Assembly (NCBI GenBank): GCA_951406725.2
Contig: OX597821.1
Span: forward strand, 2,790,001-2,854,000
DNA: 64,000 bases
Origin: Octopus vulgaris
Lineage: Eukaryota
Direction: 5' to 3'
Part shown: positions 1-15,433 of the stretch, one piece after another
Numbering within the stretch: the stretch's first letter is position 1
Layout: every line of letters starts with the position of its first letter
Position numbers and translations under genes: made by a program
Notes under the pieces: generated by a model
Seen by the model: only the letters and a program-made list of their open reading frames with translations
The model's database searches: none
What the model was told of the DNA's origin: nothing

Positions 1-142
1 TTTCTGCTATTCCTCAAGACTTATCCCCTCTGTTATTATTCAATGACACCCCTACTATTCCACATGCTTTCCCTCTCTCTCACTATTCAATGACACTTCG
101 AACTGTATAAAGTAACTTTAACCATAACGTATGCTTCTTAAC

Positions 143-812
143 GTTCGGAACTGAGATACGTATTGAACTCACTCTATTCTACAATATTGCATCTCATAAA
201 TCTCTACCATAAAAATGTTTCCAGATATTAATAAAATTTGTCGGACTTATTTTCAAGCCGTCGGAGCTATGGAAACTCAGCGTACTCCGACTGGATGAAA
301 ATAGATTCGACTGATTTTATTATTACCTTACAAAATACTAATTCTACTCTCTTAAAACAGTTTCTTTTTTAATCCTAACATTATGAAAAAATATGTCTCA
401 AAATATTATAAATGTATGAAATAAGTTAACCATAACACTACTGTCTAAAATATTTTTTGTTAATCCTAACGTTTTGAAAAAAGCATTTCTCTAAATATTA
501 CAACTGTTTCCAAAAGTAATTTCCAAGAAAAACATTTTGGAAAAATCTTTCTCTAAATATATCTATATCAAGTGCTTCATAAAGTTCGGAACTGAAATAC
601 GTATTGAACTCATTCTATCATACATTATTACCTCTCATCACTCTCTGCCATAAAAATGTTGGAAACTTAGTATTTTTTCAGATATCATTATATTTGTCGG
701 ACTTATTTTCATGCCGTCGGGCGTCGGAGCTATGAAAACTGAGAGCACTGCGACTGCATGAAAATAGATGCTGCTAATTTTATTATTACCATAAGAGAAT
801 ATTGAAAATACT
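143..812. repeat. Diverged direct repeat (~143-345 and ~584-812, period ~440 bp), each copy with an internal hairpin; ~50-bp subrepeats between the copies
   Basis: gttcggaactga.atacgtattgaactca...tttgtcggacttattttca.gccgtcgg...gaaaatagat...ttttattattacc occurs twice. Hairpin arms are tattttca/tgaaaata and gtcggag/ctccgac. Confidence 0.85.
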
Positions 813-1450
813 AAATTTCAAAATTTTTATGGTCAAATACGTTTAGAACAATTCCACACCATAAAAAATTGCCCTTTCAAATAATGTTCAGTGTCAGAGG
901 TATAATTTTCCTTCAAACTAGGAAAAGGAGTTTTGATCCGTACCAGCTACTTGAAACAATTGTTTGTACGAAAAGTAAGGCCCTACTTACATCAAATTAT
1001 TCTTAAATTAAGTGGCGGCAAAATAATTATCGTTGAACTTTTAAAAGGTAAGTCTATTGTTGCCTAAGGCTGGCTATATATTGCTTGTTCAAGAGTAGAG
1101 GAACAAATTATTTGTACTGACAACGAATGGGAAGACAATAAATATTGTTTATCATGCAGCGTTGCAATAAGATCCAAGACGAAATATTATGTCATTGTTT
1201 CGATGAAAGGTTTTCATTGCTTGAAATATATTATTCGAGTTTAATAGAATTTGATATGTACTCAATGAATAAAGAGTAATTGTTGGGCCCAAGTCCCAAT
1301 GAAACGTCCTACATAGGAGCCATCTTAAAACCCGCCCGTCAGGGTGACGTTTAAGCTAGTACATACATATATTTCTATTTGTAGGTTAACAAGGGTACCA
1401 AATATTTCATATAAGAGAAAACACTCAGTGAAATGCATTCAGCACTTGTG

Positions 1451-1528
1451 GAGGGAACACAACCAGTTGTACATTATCCCATCTGCAAAGAGGGAACACA
1501 AACAGTTGTACATTATCCCATCTGCAAA
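1451..1528. repeat. 39-bp tandem duplication
   Basis: gagggaacacaa(c/a)cagttgtacattatcccatctgcaaa x2, one mismatch. Confidence 0.95.
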
Positions 1529-2112
1529 GGACATATGCACAATGTTGTGCTGAAAGTTTTTTCGTGTCCTTGCAAGCTCCAATTTACATCTCCCTCATTC
1601 ATTATACATATATGTAGAAAGAGAAAGAGAAACAGAATGCTCACGGATTTTTTAAAAATATGATGCACAAAGTTGCATGTGTAGATTGTCAATATGACGT
1701 TCTCTATATTACGCCTTTTAGCTGAATTGAAGGACCATCTTCACAGATTCGAGGAAAATATATCAGGACACTAACGAACGGGAAAGATAATTTACCACCT
1801 GAACACAACTAGATATTCGAAAATTTGATTCAATGGTAGCAAAGTTGCATCCCTTGTGTTGTTTGATTAGGTAATAGCTTTCTTCAGAATTCATCTAGTA
1901 ACATAAAAGTTTTGAACTGCGATTATTTATCTAAAATTTATGCTCAATTTTGCAACATCTTGGAAGAACCCACGTGTTTCTGTGAGTGTATATACATATA
2001 TATATAAACAGAGATATGCATATGCATACATTAAGAAGCCTTATGTATACATTGATTCAGTACATGTATGTACACCCATTTGTATACTCGTATACACATA
2101 TTTATATTTGTG

Positions 2113-2178
<66 letters not shown>

Positions 2179-2183
2179 GCACA

Positions 2184-2233
<50 letters not shown>

Positions 2234-2274
2234 TGCATATATATGTACATGAATGTAAATGCTTTTATTTATAC

Positions 2275-2326
<52 letters not shown>

Positions 2327-2999
2327 GCGTACCGAAATCATATGCATTCCAGCGCACCGACTTATAGTTTATAAATATGTATATAAATATGTCAGTTTTT
2401 CGAATCATGCAAAGGATTGCTTTGCATGATTCTCAGCTAAATATGTGTGAATATGTCTGAATATATAGGGGAGTGTTTACACAGCCCTTTGTGTATTGTC
2501 GTGACGTTCAACATTAATTTATTCCAAGAGATATGGGCATTAAAACCTGACATAAAAAATGAAAGGAAATATTATAAAGTAAAAATAAATAAAACTTGTC
2601 TAAAACATCTACCTTCCAGGAATATTTATCAACTGTAGATTTTCTATAATCTTCACAATCCTCTGCTAACAATCTCACCTCATTTCTTTTCCTTCTCTTC
2701 ATTCTAATCGATATCTCGTTTTTTGATTTCTGAATTTTGATCTTCATTTTGTTATGTATTTTTGATTTTGGTCGTTATTCGTTATTCTTGCTGCCAGGGT
2801 TCTCTTTTCTTTTGTGTACGTCTGTGAATGTATGGAAAAGTGTGTGTGAGTATGTGTGTATATGTGTGTGTGTGTGTGTGTGCTTGTATATATGTATCCG
2901 TGGGTATTGCGTGCGTAAATGTCTGTGTTTTCTTTATGATATTCATGGTATTGTAGTCATCATACTCTTTCTCCTCCTTTCCCCCTCACCCTCATCTAA

Positions 3000-3570
<571 letters not shown>

Positions 3571-4004
3571 GTGACAATAAATACCAATCCTAAATACTTC
3601 TTCAAATATTAGAACTTCCTCTTACATAGATTTTTGTATTTCTATCATAGTCTTCAACGTCTTTTATTTAGTCCTCCTCCCCCCTCTCTCCCTCTCTCTG
3701 ATATTCCCAGCAATTTTTTTCTACACAATATTTGTTAAAGATACATTTAATTTTCTTCCCTCATTATCCATGTAAGCCTCTCACACAAACATTCCCCCTA
3801 CTCCCACCTTCCTCTTCTTTTTTTTTCTTTATGCCCCCATAAAAACGAATCAGCGTACATACGGATTATCTATCTGTAATTATGTGCAAATATGTAGAGA
3901 GAAGAGAAACGGGTTGTCGTGTATGGCTTGTATGTGATTTAGAAGACCTACATGTCAAAAGAAGGTTAAACTTTCAATTGAGATTGTATCGGTGATATTT
4001 ATCC

Positions 4005-4041
<37 letters not shown>

Positions 4042-4093
4042 AAATATCATATATATTATATATTATATATATTTTATATGTGTATATATATAC

Positions 4094-4160
<67 letters not shown>

Positions 4161-4228
4161 TGCATGAATCTATTTATGTATATTTGAATGAATGTGATCA
4201 GGAACATTAGTTTCTGTATCTGTATGAT

Positions 4229-4271
<43 letters not shown>

Positions 4272-5220
4272 ATGCATGTGTGATTGTGTGCGTGAGAGAG
4301 TATGTATGCATGTGTGTTTTTGTGTGTGAGAGAGAGTAGAGTGATAGAAAGAAGAACAGATAGACAGACAGAGAGTAGAAATATTTTTATTACTCCTATT
4401 CTAATTGCAGAATCCGAATATATCTTCCTGAAAGTAATATTACTTTCATACGAGTGAAAAATAATATTCCACACAACATATATTTATATATCCATAGCCT
4501 AACGTAGATATTTAACAATCGATAGTAAAGGTTTATCAAATTGAGATTTTACAGGAATTGAGAATCCTCAGAAAATTTTCAGAGATTGTGGAGGATTCTC
4601 CATAAATAAAATAATAATTGAAGAAATAGATAAAAATAGATAACGCAAATTGTAGAAGAAAGTAAATATTATTTGAGTATATTCTGATGATAGAGGAATA
4701 TAGACAAAAATTTTAGAAGTTCATAGAAAATGATATAGTATTAAAACGAATCTTCGAAATACATACAGATAATGCCGAATGCGGATATAAGCTTACAAAG
4801 TATGTTTTCAATGTCTCAGATTCTCCCTTCCCCTCTCTCACTCTCGCTCTCCTTCTCTCTCTCTCTCCTTTTCTGCCTCTCCATATTTATATATAAATTT
4901 ATATATTTGTTTTTTTTTTTAAACCGAAGTCGATATATTGTATTCATATGAAATATCCTCGCTTGTTTAATGCACGTGTCTTTTCAATTATTATAGAAAA
5001 ACCCTCACAGACACGGACACACACACTCACAAGCACACACATGCATACACATATGTATATGTAAGAGTATGGGTGTATATGTGTTTGTATATACGCCTGT
5101 ATGTATAAAGGTATACTGGTATGCATGCGTCTATATGTATATGACTGCTTATATATATGGTATTATACATTGTATACCATATATACATACATTCATTCAT
5201 ACACACACACACGCACACAA

Positions 5221-5259
<39 letters not shown>

Positions 5260-5438
5260 TATATATATAGAGAGAGAGAGATGGTACAGTCATGTCTTCT
5301 TTACACTAAACATACTGCTAAGAATCTAAATAATTACTCTGTAATACAGCATGGAAAACAATAACATTCAATAGATACGTACATACATGTATTTTCGCGC
5401 AAACATATTCATTCATACACACACGCACACTCACACAC

Positions 5439-5500
<62 letters not shown>

Positions 5501-5502
<2 letters not shown>

Positions 5503-5645
5503 GTTTATTTCGTCATATACCTTTCTGCTGAAGAGCGTAGGCTCGAAACGCAAAAAATTTTCTCACTTTACCGAGCGTTAAAAATGCACCTGCTTGTTTT
5601 TCATGCATCTGTCTTCGTCTTTTGTTTTTTCTATAAATTTCAATT
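5501..5645 (+). mobile_element. Short hammerhead-like cassette (PLE pLTR-like or retrozyme-like) between (TA)n and (CT)n(TA)n
   Basis: 5522-5555 reads uuu CUGCUGA A GAGC guag GCUC GAAAC GCA aaa. The core is degenerate (GCA where NUH is expected). Related to the cassette at 44868-45060. Confidence 0.65.
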
Positions 5646-5731
5646 CTCCTCTCTCTCTCTCTCTCTCTCTCTCTTTATATATATATATATATATATAGAA
5701 ATTCGGGGTGAGTTCTTGATAATTATAAGCA

Positions 5732-5796
<65 letters not shown>

Positions 5797-7879
5797 AAGA
5801 GACCGAGATAACAATGAGAGCATTGTTTCAAATCTGCCCTTATAAATTCTTTGAACTACAACTTTTAACTGCCAAACTACTCTTTCATAAGGTATAATTG
5901 GAAAGTTATAATTTGGAAAGATGGAACTTATTGTGATGCATTTAAGAAATTCCCCGTGATTGAACATAACATATTCACGACCGGTTGTGTACATATTTTT
6001 CCTAAAAGCGTTTCTTCATATTTAAGCTCAATAACGAGAAACGTAAATGTATCTGAAATATCATAATATATGCATAAAGTAGCGAGCTGGCAGAAGCTTT
6101 CGCATGACGGCCGTTATGCTTGGCGGCCTTTTGTCCTTTTTCCCATTCTGATGTCATATTCTTCTGAGGCTCACTTATGTACCTCCTCGAACTTGCTGGA
6201 GGAAGAGGATAAGTCGACTACATCCACTCCAGTACTCAGCTCGTACTTTTTTATCGACCACGAATAGACTAAGAGCAAAATTGGCCTCGGAAGAAAAGAC
6301 ATTCTTAATATTATCAAACTTTTAAACTATATTAAGAATGCAGCCTATGGTAACTGGTCGCCGAACATTACATGAAAGAAAGATACATGGGAAATATTTC
6401 GTTTATCTTAATATCTCGGCAAATAGTTTCTCTGAGTCATTTAATATCGAAAACACAATACGAAGTATAACAAGTGAGGTAACTACGACAATATATGTAT
6501 GCAGAGGTCACAAAACGGGACAGAAAGACCAAAGAGGGTTGAATCTAGTCTTCAAAATTAAGTAGTGAGAGCATTCATCATAATGAATGATATTCTACAA
6601 AATAGGAAAGACGGAGGCTATCAATAAATAGTAATGTTGATGATTATAATAATATATAAACTTTATACATCATAAAACTAATCATTACAATTTAATGTAT
6701 AGGGACTATATCATCTTCTTTAAGAAATCGGGCTATATTTTGGTTTGATTTTATTACAATCATTTATTAAAATGAAAACTTGACGTAAGTGTATTTTGAC
6801 GCAAAAAACATAAAATTGACACCGAGTACATTTTCTACTGTAAATATATATTTATATAGTGGTTAATGTAAACTGTGCTGCACTGATGGAAAGTAATCTT
6901 TAATATTTTCTTCTTCGCTGGAAGATAATGGATTCGAGCTTTATCAAAGAGCAGCAATAACACATTCCATTTTTGTCCTGACAACGTAACAACGAAAACA
7001 TGTAAAGTACATAAGGAAATAACGTACACTATTTAATTTCTATCCAATATATTTAGTCTCCAAATCTTGTTGCTGTCTACTTTGGATTCCACCTTTTATG
7101 TATCGATAGAATATGCATTATTGTTTTTATACCTTCATTTGATTAAATAATTTGTGTTACACATTCTAAAGAAGTTATCATGCATATTCAGATGAAATCA
7201 ATAAATAGATACATGTTTCTGTAAGAATTGTATTCTTTGATCTTACAATTATTTTCTATTATATCTCTTTATTTTACATGTTGAGTTTATACATGCATTT
7301 CAGTTGTACAATACAGCTCGCCTTTATCAATTTTAATATTTTCTTCAAAAATCTATTTCTTTTTCGTTTGCGACTTTACTCCTTTCCTATTTTTTTTTCA
7401 AATTTCCCAAGCCTTTTTTCAGTTTTCCCTTTGTGAGTGATTTTTACTTCTTTCATTGATTTCATATTTAAGGTAAAAAAAGGTTAAAACAACAGATTGC
7501 TTGAAATGTCTTATATTGATAAACTCCATAACAGTACATGAATCCTCGTTTGTCATTGATTCTTCCATCAATGACGTACGAAATACCATACACAGAGGCG
7601 AGAAACCTATTACGCATGTGACGAATTCATCTGTTGTGATACGAGACGGCTTTCAGATGTTGCTTGAACCCCAAAAACTGTAAGTGTGGTGCTAATTCTA
7701 TTAATAACTTTGACGAAAATAAAATAACCAATAAAAGTTGTAAGGCAGTGGAGGTTGTATGTACACAAGAACAAAAATCTCAAGGATACACAGACACACA
7801 CATGCACGCAGGTACACACACTGTAGCGTTCAATGATAGAAAATTCAACAAAAATAGTACTCCATCTAGTGAAAGATAA

Positions 7880-7931
7880 TATTTATGTAATGGGTACAGT
7901 ACAAGTATTTATGTAATGGGTACAGTACATG
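7880..7931. repeat. 26-bp tandem duplication
   Basis: tatttatgtaatgggtacagtaca(a/t)g x2. Confidence 0.95.
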
Positions 7932-8669
7932 TATTTAAGCGCTACTAATAGTTTCATATGTTGCGAAATACTCAAGCATATTCTTCAGGTGCAGGCCACA
8001 TCATGACGAACTAAAAAACAATTGAGAAGGCAGCATATAGAAAAAGCAGAAAGAAAAACTGGAAAATAATAAGTAAAAAATAGAAAGGTGAATGAACTAT
8101 CCTCCTGGGACCTGAAATGGAAAGGCTGGAAAGATATCCTCTTAGTTAGGTATAGGTATTTTTTCTAGTTTCTTAAAATATATTTATACGAATGCTTGCA
8201 ACTAAGGAAAATTTCAGACCTATTGTTCAATAGGAAGTTAGGGAAGAACAGCAGAAGAGGATTTGCGCTCTTCCAGCCAAACAAAGCCTACATTTCCTCT
8301 ATCCATTCACATAAGTTATGGATTTCTCAATTAATTTCCATTTAATCATATGCAGTGTTTCGGTATCTTTCCAAGTTCATACGTAGCTAGCCAAATTAGT
8401 AGTCTTGCGTTTGACCCTATGCCGGGAGGAGGCTATGTGATTGGCATAGCGAGTTTTAAATTCACCCTCACATCATCCAATATAGCCCTTCTTGTTGTAT
8501 TATTATTATTTAGAGTTGTATTAAATTCTACCTCACATCCGTCAGATTTAATCGTACATCATTGGTCAAGTCGACAGGATCGTGGGTCGCGAGAGTTGCA
8601 ACTGGATTTAGGTACTTGGCATTGACCACGTATAATGATACTCTTTATGAGACATATATGTCATAAATA

Positions 8670-8713
<44 letters not shown>

Positions 8714-8794
8714 CCAACGCCCTTCTTTCGGTTTCCCTTTACTAAATCCAGTGATCAGCTTGAGGCTAGCGTAGAATATACTTTTTCAAGGTCC

Positions 8795-10110
8795 CACTGA
8801 GAATGCCTTGGAAAAATAAGTTGCCTCGAATCAATGGTGGATCAGTAACATCGTCCCAGTGCTAATGAAGAGAGCTCTCTCTAACACCAGCTGCATGGGC
8901 ATCTGAGCGATGTCACTTGTGGCAAAGACCCTCAGTAGGATGATTTTTAACAGGATCCAGCTCGAGATGGGGAAGGAGTTCAAGGAAAAGCAGAATGGCA
9001 TGAGAGAGGGGAAATCAGCCATCAGTCGTATTTCAACTCTGAAGATGTTACTAGAGGGGACAAGGGCAAAGAGTATTTTTGCTGTCATGGTTTTCGTTAA
9101 CTTTAGTAACGCCTTTGATTCTGCGGGCCGTCGCTATTCGATAAAGATATTCCAGGCTTATGGATTCTCCAAGAAGATAGTGGGCCTGATAACACTGCTC
9201 TACAACAATATCCGAGCACCTGACAGGAAGTCGGTGTTCTTTGAGTTACTGGTTGGAGGGCACCAGGGAGATACATCGGCTCCCTACTATGGCTCAGAAC
9301 AGAAGGGTCAAATCTAAAGAGATATCAGATGCTGAATTTGACGCCGACATAATTCTGGTGACAAACACAGTGATTGAGGCAGACGGGTTGATGCAGAAGA
9401 TGGAGACTGGGTCGATGAATGAGATTAATAGGAGGTATCTGGTAGAAAAAATTAAGAAGCTAAAGAAGATTATGAAAGTAGGCTGGAAGCCAGTAGAGTT
9501 GGTTGAGGATTTCCTGTATATGAGAGCAAAGATTGGCAAAACAGAGGGAGATACAGTTGAGATGAAGAGCAAAACTTTGGCGGCAGTTTGAGATCTGCTA
9601 CAGTTACAGATCTGCATGGAAATCGGACCTTCGTAAAGACCTGCAGATCCGTCTCTTCGTTGCTGCAGTGGAATCTGTGCTGTTGTACGGGTCTTCGACA
9701 AAGACACTGACCAAGAAACTCACCGAGTTGGTGAATGGGTGCTACACGAGAGTGCCGTGGATGACTCTGAACATTAATCAGTATAAACTGAGGATGAAGA
9801 ACTCAGAGCTGTACGAAAGCGTCCCGAAAGTTAGCTCGAAAATAACAAAGAGGGGACTGGGGTTAGCTGGACATGTTCACAGTCATTCAGAGTTGATACT
9901 ACAATCAGTGCTCCAGTGGGAGCCCCTACACGGACACAGAAGAAGAGTGAGACCGAGGATGACCTATGTCGATGCGTTGAGGATGATCTATGTCACTGCC
10001 CTAAGGGTAGACACGGGTCTATGGGAAACAGGGGACATGACAGCAATGATGAGGGACATAGACTGCTGGACAGAACTCGTCCATGGGTCCCAGGAATTCT
10101 ACCCGCTCGA
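8795..10110 (+). pseudogene. Degraded RTE/RTEX-like non-LTR retrotransposon RT (5'-truncated, frameshifted)
   Basis: Successive ORFs carry RT motifs in the correct order: KQNGMREGKS (QxGFRxGRS), VFVNFSNAFDS (FxDFxKAFDS), GGHQGDTSAP (GVxQGDTLAP), AEFDADIILV (FADD), FLYMRAKI (FxYLG), ESVLLYGS, LAGHVHSH, RVRPRMTYVD. Confidence 0.9.
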
Positions 10111-10499
10111 GATAGTTATATTTGTGTGAGTCTGTGTGTGTGTACGAATCTGGTCGTATGTACGTGTTTCGGAGTACAACAAAGCCTTGTCATACATCAG
10201 ACATTTCTGTATTGCTCGAAAAGTATTATATGGCAACTAACAGTTTTCGACGCAAAAAAAAAATCCCTCTGAAATTCAGTTAATGACATAGTCGATGAAA
10301 ATGATGCTGGTACTTGTCTGTCTGACACTTATTGTAGCGTGCTTGAAACGAAAGAAGAAATGTGAAATTGAGCTCGGTGGAAGGTGTCTGTTATAACACC
10401 ATGATGTTACTAAGATACAAAATGTTTTTGATTGCGCATCTATGAATGTTGCAGGTTACTGAGATTTATTCGGCAGAGTTTCTAGCATAGGGATATACC

Positions 10500-10920
10500 G
10501 AAAAACTTTTGTTGGAGGAGATTCTAACTTAAATTGATCCCAATTCTATATATTATTTTATCGGCGTCTGAGAAAATAAAATGCAGCACCTACGTCGGTG
10601 GTCTTCGAATTTAAACATAAAGAGCCTGAAAAATCCTGCAAGTTCTTTTCCCCGACGTTCTCATACAACTACCATCAACAGCTCTTGTAGACAAGTGGGG
10701 CATACTTACACTTGACGCAAGCATACAACTGGTAATTTTATAGGGAGATGGTTTATCGATTAAATAAAATTCGGTATTTGACTTATACTTTATTGAACAC
10801 AGAGAAACGAAAACAAATATGATGTTAGACGGCATTTAACTTAGAACTTCAAGAGCCGTAACTAAATATCGAAAAACATTATTGTTCGACCCTCTTGCGA
10901 TACTGCCAATAGGCCACCAA
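10500..10920 (-). mobile_element. Two degraded tandem copies of the 'ggcgagctggcagaa' SINE family
   Basis: Weak by-eye similarity to the copies at 59175-59762. Confidence 0.5.
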
Positions 10921-12284
10921 TGAATACATGGCATAATGTGAAGAATTAGCTTGTTTCAGCCCTACTTCAGCACATCTATAATCAAGGTAATCCAAGATAA
11001 ATATCCACCTAATGTATTCGCCTATTGAGTGTGCTAATATTTGAGAGGAGTGTTCACTCTATGTCTGGTATAGCCTTATAACATCCATGTAGATAATTCC
11101 TCAATGGTTCGTTACGTTGTTCTAATACTGAATGGCGATTAGTAAGAGACACTGGAGAATCAGACGACGGGTTTCTAGTTCATGTACCCTATTGGAATAC
11201 AGTTTCTCCCCTACTTTCATTCATATGGCTTCTCTATAAACAAGTGCTAATTTTATACGATTTGTATTCCCTACAAATTATTGTCCTTATGCGAAAGTAA
11301 GAAATCAATATTTTGAAATTCTAATCCAAAATATGCTTCTCGATATTTGAAAAGCTGCTGTTATTGTATACTGCTATTATACATAACTGAATACATTAAA
11401 ATTTTCCCTTGTGATGTTCAACATTCACCGACCCCTATGAACATATTTATGGTAGCATAAATAGATTATGCACACTACAGAGTTTTAATAAAAATGGATT
11501 ATATTTCCTGTGAAAGTCAATTTGAATTTCAAAATATTATTATGAGCTTCATGGTTATCATTTTCCAGCGAACTGGGAATAAATGAAAACTGACGTTTAC
11601 GACACCCGGGAAACCAATAATAGGAACATCTCTTAAATCAAGTATACAAATCCGTCCCACCTTTTAAAATAAAAACAAATTCGATAAAGTTGTGTAAATT
11701 TATGTTCGTAAAATGAAGTGAAGCGATTCTAATATAAAGTTGAAGCCTTCATTGATTTTATAAGTAATGTGTGTGGTGAAGTATGAATGCCACCGCGGAA
11801 CAATAAATAATTTCTATACTGTAGATTCCAAGTCAATGATTGCCAGTTTAGTTAAAATATTTATCGGAAGATTATGCTACGTTCTCTTTAAGATTCACCG
11901 TGTTTAATTTTACGATTGATTATAGAAAGGTGGTTTATTTGATGTGATGGAAAGTTACTGGGGAAAGAAAATAAAAAAATCCACCGAGATTAACTTGAAA
12001 TGGCAAGTTTAAGATATAACGTTATGCATTATATATATTTGTATGTATATTTATATGTATGCATATGTATATATATATATATATGCATATATGTGTATAT
12101 ATGTGTAAATATATGTATGTAAATTTATATATGTATATATATATATATATATATATGCGTATATATATACATATACATGTATATATATACATATACATAA
12201 TTTTTTTTTATACATATATATATATATATATATATGTTATATATATATGTATATGCATATATATGTATATATATATATATATTT

Positions 12285-12317
<33 letters not shown>

Positions 12318-13904
12318 GTGTATATATTGGCGTGTGTGCAATTTGTATTAAGATAGACTCCAAATATGAATATTGTATATTGTTTCAACCGTAATTGCCA
12401 TGGGAGTAGAACGTCCAACTGTAATTTTGCAGGCTTCAAGCATTGCACAAAAGAAACAGTTGTTTGTTTAGTTAGTGCTGCAATTATCAAGGGATGAAAA
12501 CGCCCAGCAACGTTTATGTAGGCAAGGGACATTGCTGATTGTGCAACACGCAAATTGATCCTTTGATTGTTAACAGAAAAACATTGCCGTGGTGTGAGGA
12601 TTTAGCTTCTTAATGCTGACAGACGTCTTTATTCAGACATTGTAAGCTGTGTAGGCAATGCAGCCTACACTGTTTAGAACTTTGTGAGTCATTTCCGGAT
12701 AAAGGGTGCGTGTTCTTTGATTGAATAAAATAAATGGAAATATGCAACAGAACCGCATGCCATGGCTAACCTAATGGGTCCCATGTGGTCTCTACAACTA
12801 AGAGAAGATAGGAAGAACATTAACCCAAAATGCAATTGCAATTCGAGCTCATAACCTCTGCAAAATATATTTCATCCATTAACATTTCAACACTATTTTT
12901 TATATTATTACATAATACTAATTGTTGTGAATGGAAGTGAATTGAAATTGCTCTGGCTTGTGGTTAACAACACTTTTCATTGTATTGTACCGATATTATT
13001 TTCAATTAGTATATTCATAATCTAGATTTCCTAACGAAATTTGCATGGACAATCACGTTTCCCTCGCCATTGTTACATTTACAATGGCTACGTATCCCAG
13101 TCTGTATTTATAGATTGTGAAAATGTGTTTATGTAAATCAACATGAATACGCGTTTGTTTGTTTAAAGAATTATTTACTGTGCCCCTTTTCCTTATGCTA
13201 TTATAGAAAGATAAATACGAGAATTACGCATTTGAGATTCCGTCTAATTAATCCTGTGTATTCTTACAAAACAAGTTATAATATTCAAGACATATGAATC
13301 GAATACCAACAGATGAAATAAATTACTTGAATGACGCATAATGTGACATTTAGTATTCAAAATATTTCAGAATATTTCTCGTTGCTTTTGTATCAAATTC
13401 TAAATGATAATATACCAATTAGATAGCTGAATTAATTAAATATTCACCTGCCATTTTGACGGAATATATTTCTAAATCGAATGAGATCTAGAGTTATTAA
13501 TACAGTTATTGATCCATGGACTAATTAAAATAAACCTTGAAATCTAAATCTGCTTGATCTGATATCATATCGTTATATCGCACACATACATCTAAAGAGG
13601 TAGTCACCATTATATACAGCTGCACATATTTCTCCCGGTGTTCTCGTAATTAACGTACTATCATTTACAGTGAATGTTTGAAGATCTGACGGAAGATAAT
13701 GAGCAATGAAACGTTATCTGGTAATAAAGTCAAAAAGGTCAAACTTTAGAAACATCCTACACCCGTGTTTCTAAATTATCAAACATTCCAATCCAAAGAA
13801 GTAGGTAACGAATAGATATAACATCACCTTTTATTTTACTACACTTCCTAAAAAACAATCGGTCCTGATCGAAAAGATTTTTACTGCACTAAACTTGAGC
13901 TTCG

Positions 13905-14230
13905 GATGTGCAAAGGCCCAGTGGTTAGGTCAGCAGACTCGCGGTCGGAGGATCGCGGTTTCGATTCCCAGACATGGTGTTGTGTGTGTTAATTGAGCGA
14001 AAACACCTAACGCTCCACGAGGCTCCGGCAGGTGGGGTGGCTACTCCTGTTGTACTCTGTCGCCCCAACTTTCTCTCACTCTTTCTTCCTGTTTCTTGAT
14101 TAGCGCTGCGATGGACTGGCGACCCGTCCAGCTGGGAGCTGAGGGGAGCACATACGCCTTAGAAACCGAGAAACCAGGCCTATTAGACTGGCTAAGCTTG
14201 AAAAGGGCGTACAAATAAAAACAAGAAAAA
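13905..14230 (+). mobile_element. tRNA(Arg)-derived SINE (octopus OK/OR type), tail A
   Basis: tRNA-like head ggcccagtggttagg...gactcgcggtcggaggatcgcggtttcgattccc with A and B boxes; body shared with 29574-29956; A-rich end. Confidence 0.85.
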
Positions 14231-14831
14231 AACTTGATCTTCACATATTCTATATCCTTACAATTACATCACCAATCGTAGCCTTCTAATTCTGATCTTC
14301 ATATATTTGCTATTTCCAGCAGGGGGTGATACTACCCTGAAGCTTAGAAGTAAAGAGGTAATGGTCACACTGTTATGTGAATGAGTGTAAAGATTACTAG
14401 GTGGACTAATCGAAACCGATGTAAATAGCTGATTTCCTGTAAAATACTTCAATGGTGTACATATAATATTGATTGTACATTTAATATAGATTATTGAAAG
14501 GTAGTGCAAACATAATTACTGCGACAATGAAGACAAGGGTAGATAGCAAAGATTGGATGAAATGGAGAGAAGTGATTAAGGGGAAAATAATTAAAATCTA
14601 TAAAATATTAACAATGAAGACACCTTCAGACTCCAAAATATAATTATAATAAAAAAGAAAAATAAGACTGGAATATAACAGCATCGATTACATCATAATT
14701 TCAAATGACAAAATTTCAAATAGCCTTAGGCTTAACGGCAAAATAGATAAGCCCGTTTACAAGAGCGAAGAGAAAAACCGGGCATTTTCCGGTCTTATTG
14801 CACCTCTTCGGCGCACCATAAAAAGGGATCA

Positions 14832-14894
<63 letters not shown>

Positions 14895-14942
14895 CATGTA
14901 TACATATATACGTACACACACACATATATATATATATGCAGA

Positions 14943-14984
<42 letters not shown>

Positions 14985-15433
14985 TGTGTGTGAGTGTGTA
15001 TCTGCGTCTATGTGTGCGTGCGTACGTTTGCATTCATGAACACGAGCAGAAGTTATGATTTCGTTATGCGTAACTACCGAAACCAAAGTAGCCTGAAAGA
15101 GACAGCTGTTGCTTTCATAGGTGTCAATAATGCAATAATACTGGTCGAACAGTGTTCTAAAACACATCTCATTTCAATTTTGCATTATGGATGTAAATGC
15201 GTCTAACAGAATATCTTGCGCTATTTGTTCCTATTCATACTGCTTCGAGTGCATCTGTCGCAGACTTTAGGTGCTCTTACCTTCTTTGTAAGATCGATAA
15301 AGAAAGCAATAATTCATGTATGTGATTTGGCGGCCCTTTTGGTATTGCGACGAATGACGATTTGGAAGGTCCGTATGTTCTCAGATTAAATATCACTTAC
15401 TGTCACTAAAAATAGCAGCAGGAATTACAATAA

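Noticed and set aside
1451-1528. Short direct repeats as a CRISPR-like array (also 7880, 63290)
   Set aside because: Two adjacent copies without spacers in eukaryotic DNA; no cas genes
5795-5860. Minus-strand GAAACAAUG-CUCU-CAUUGUUA resembling hammerhead stem III
   Set aside because: No CUGANGA-like core or stem II upstream
14715-14830. Minus-strand CCGAAGA-GGU...ACC-GGAAA next to (TA)n as a further hammerhead
   Set aside because: No convincing stem III, NUH triplet or stem I could be built; it may be a decayed PLE end but is unsupported
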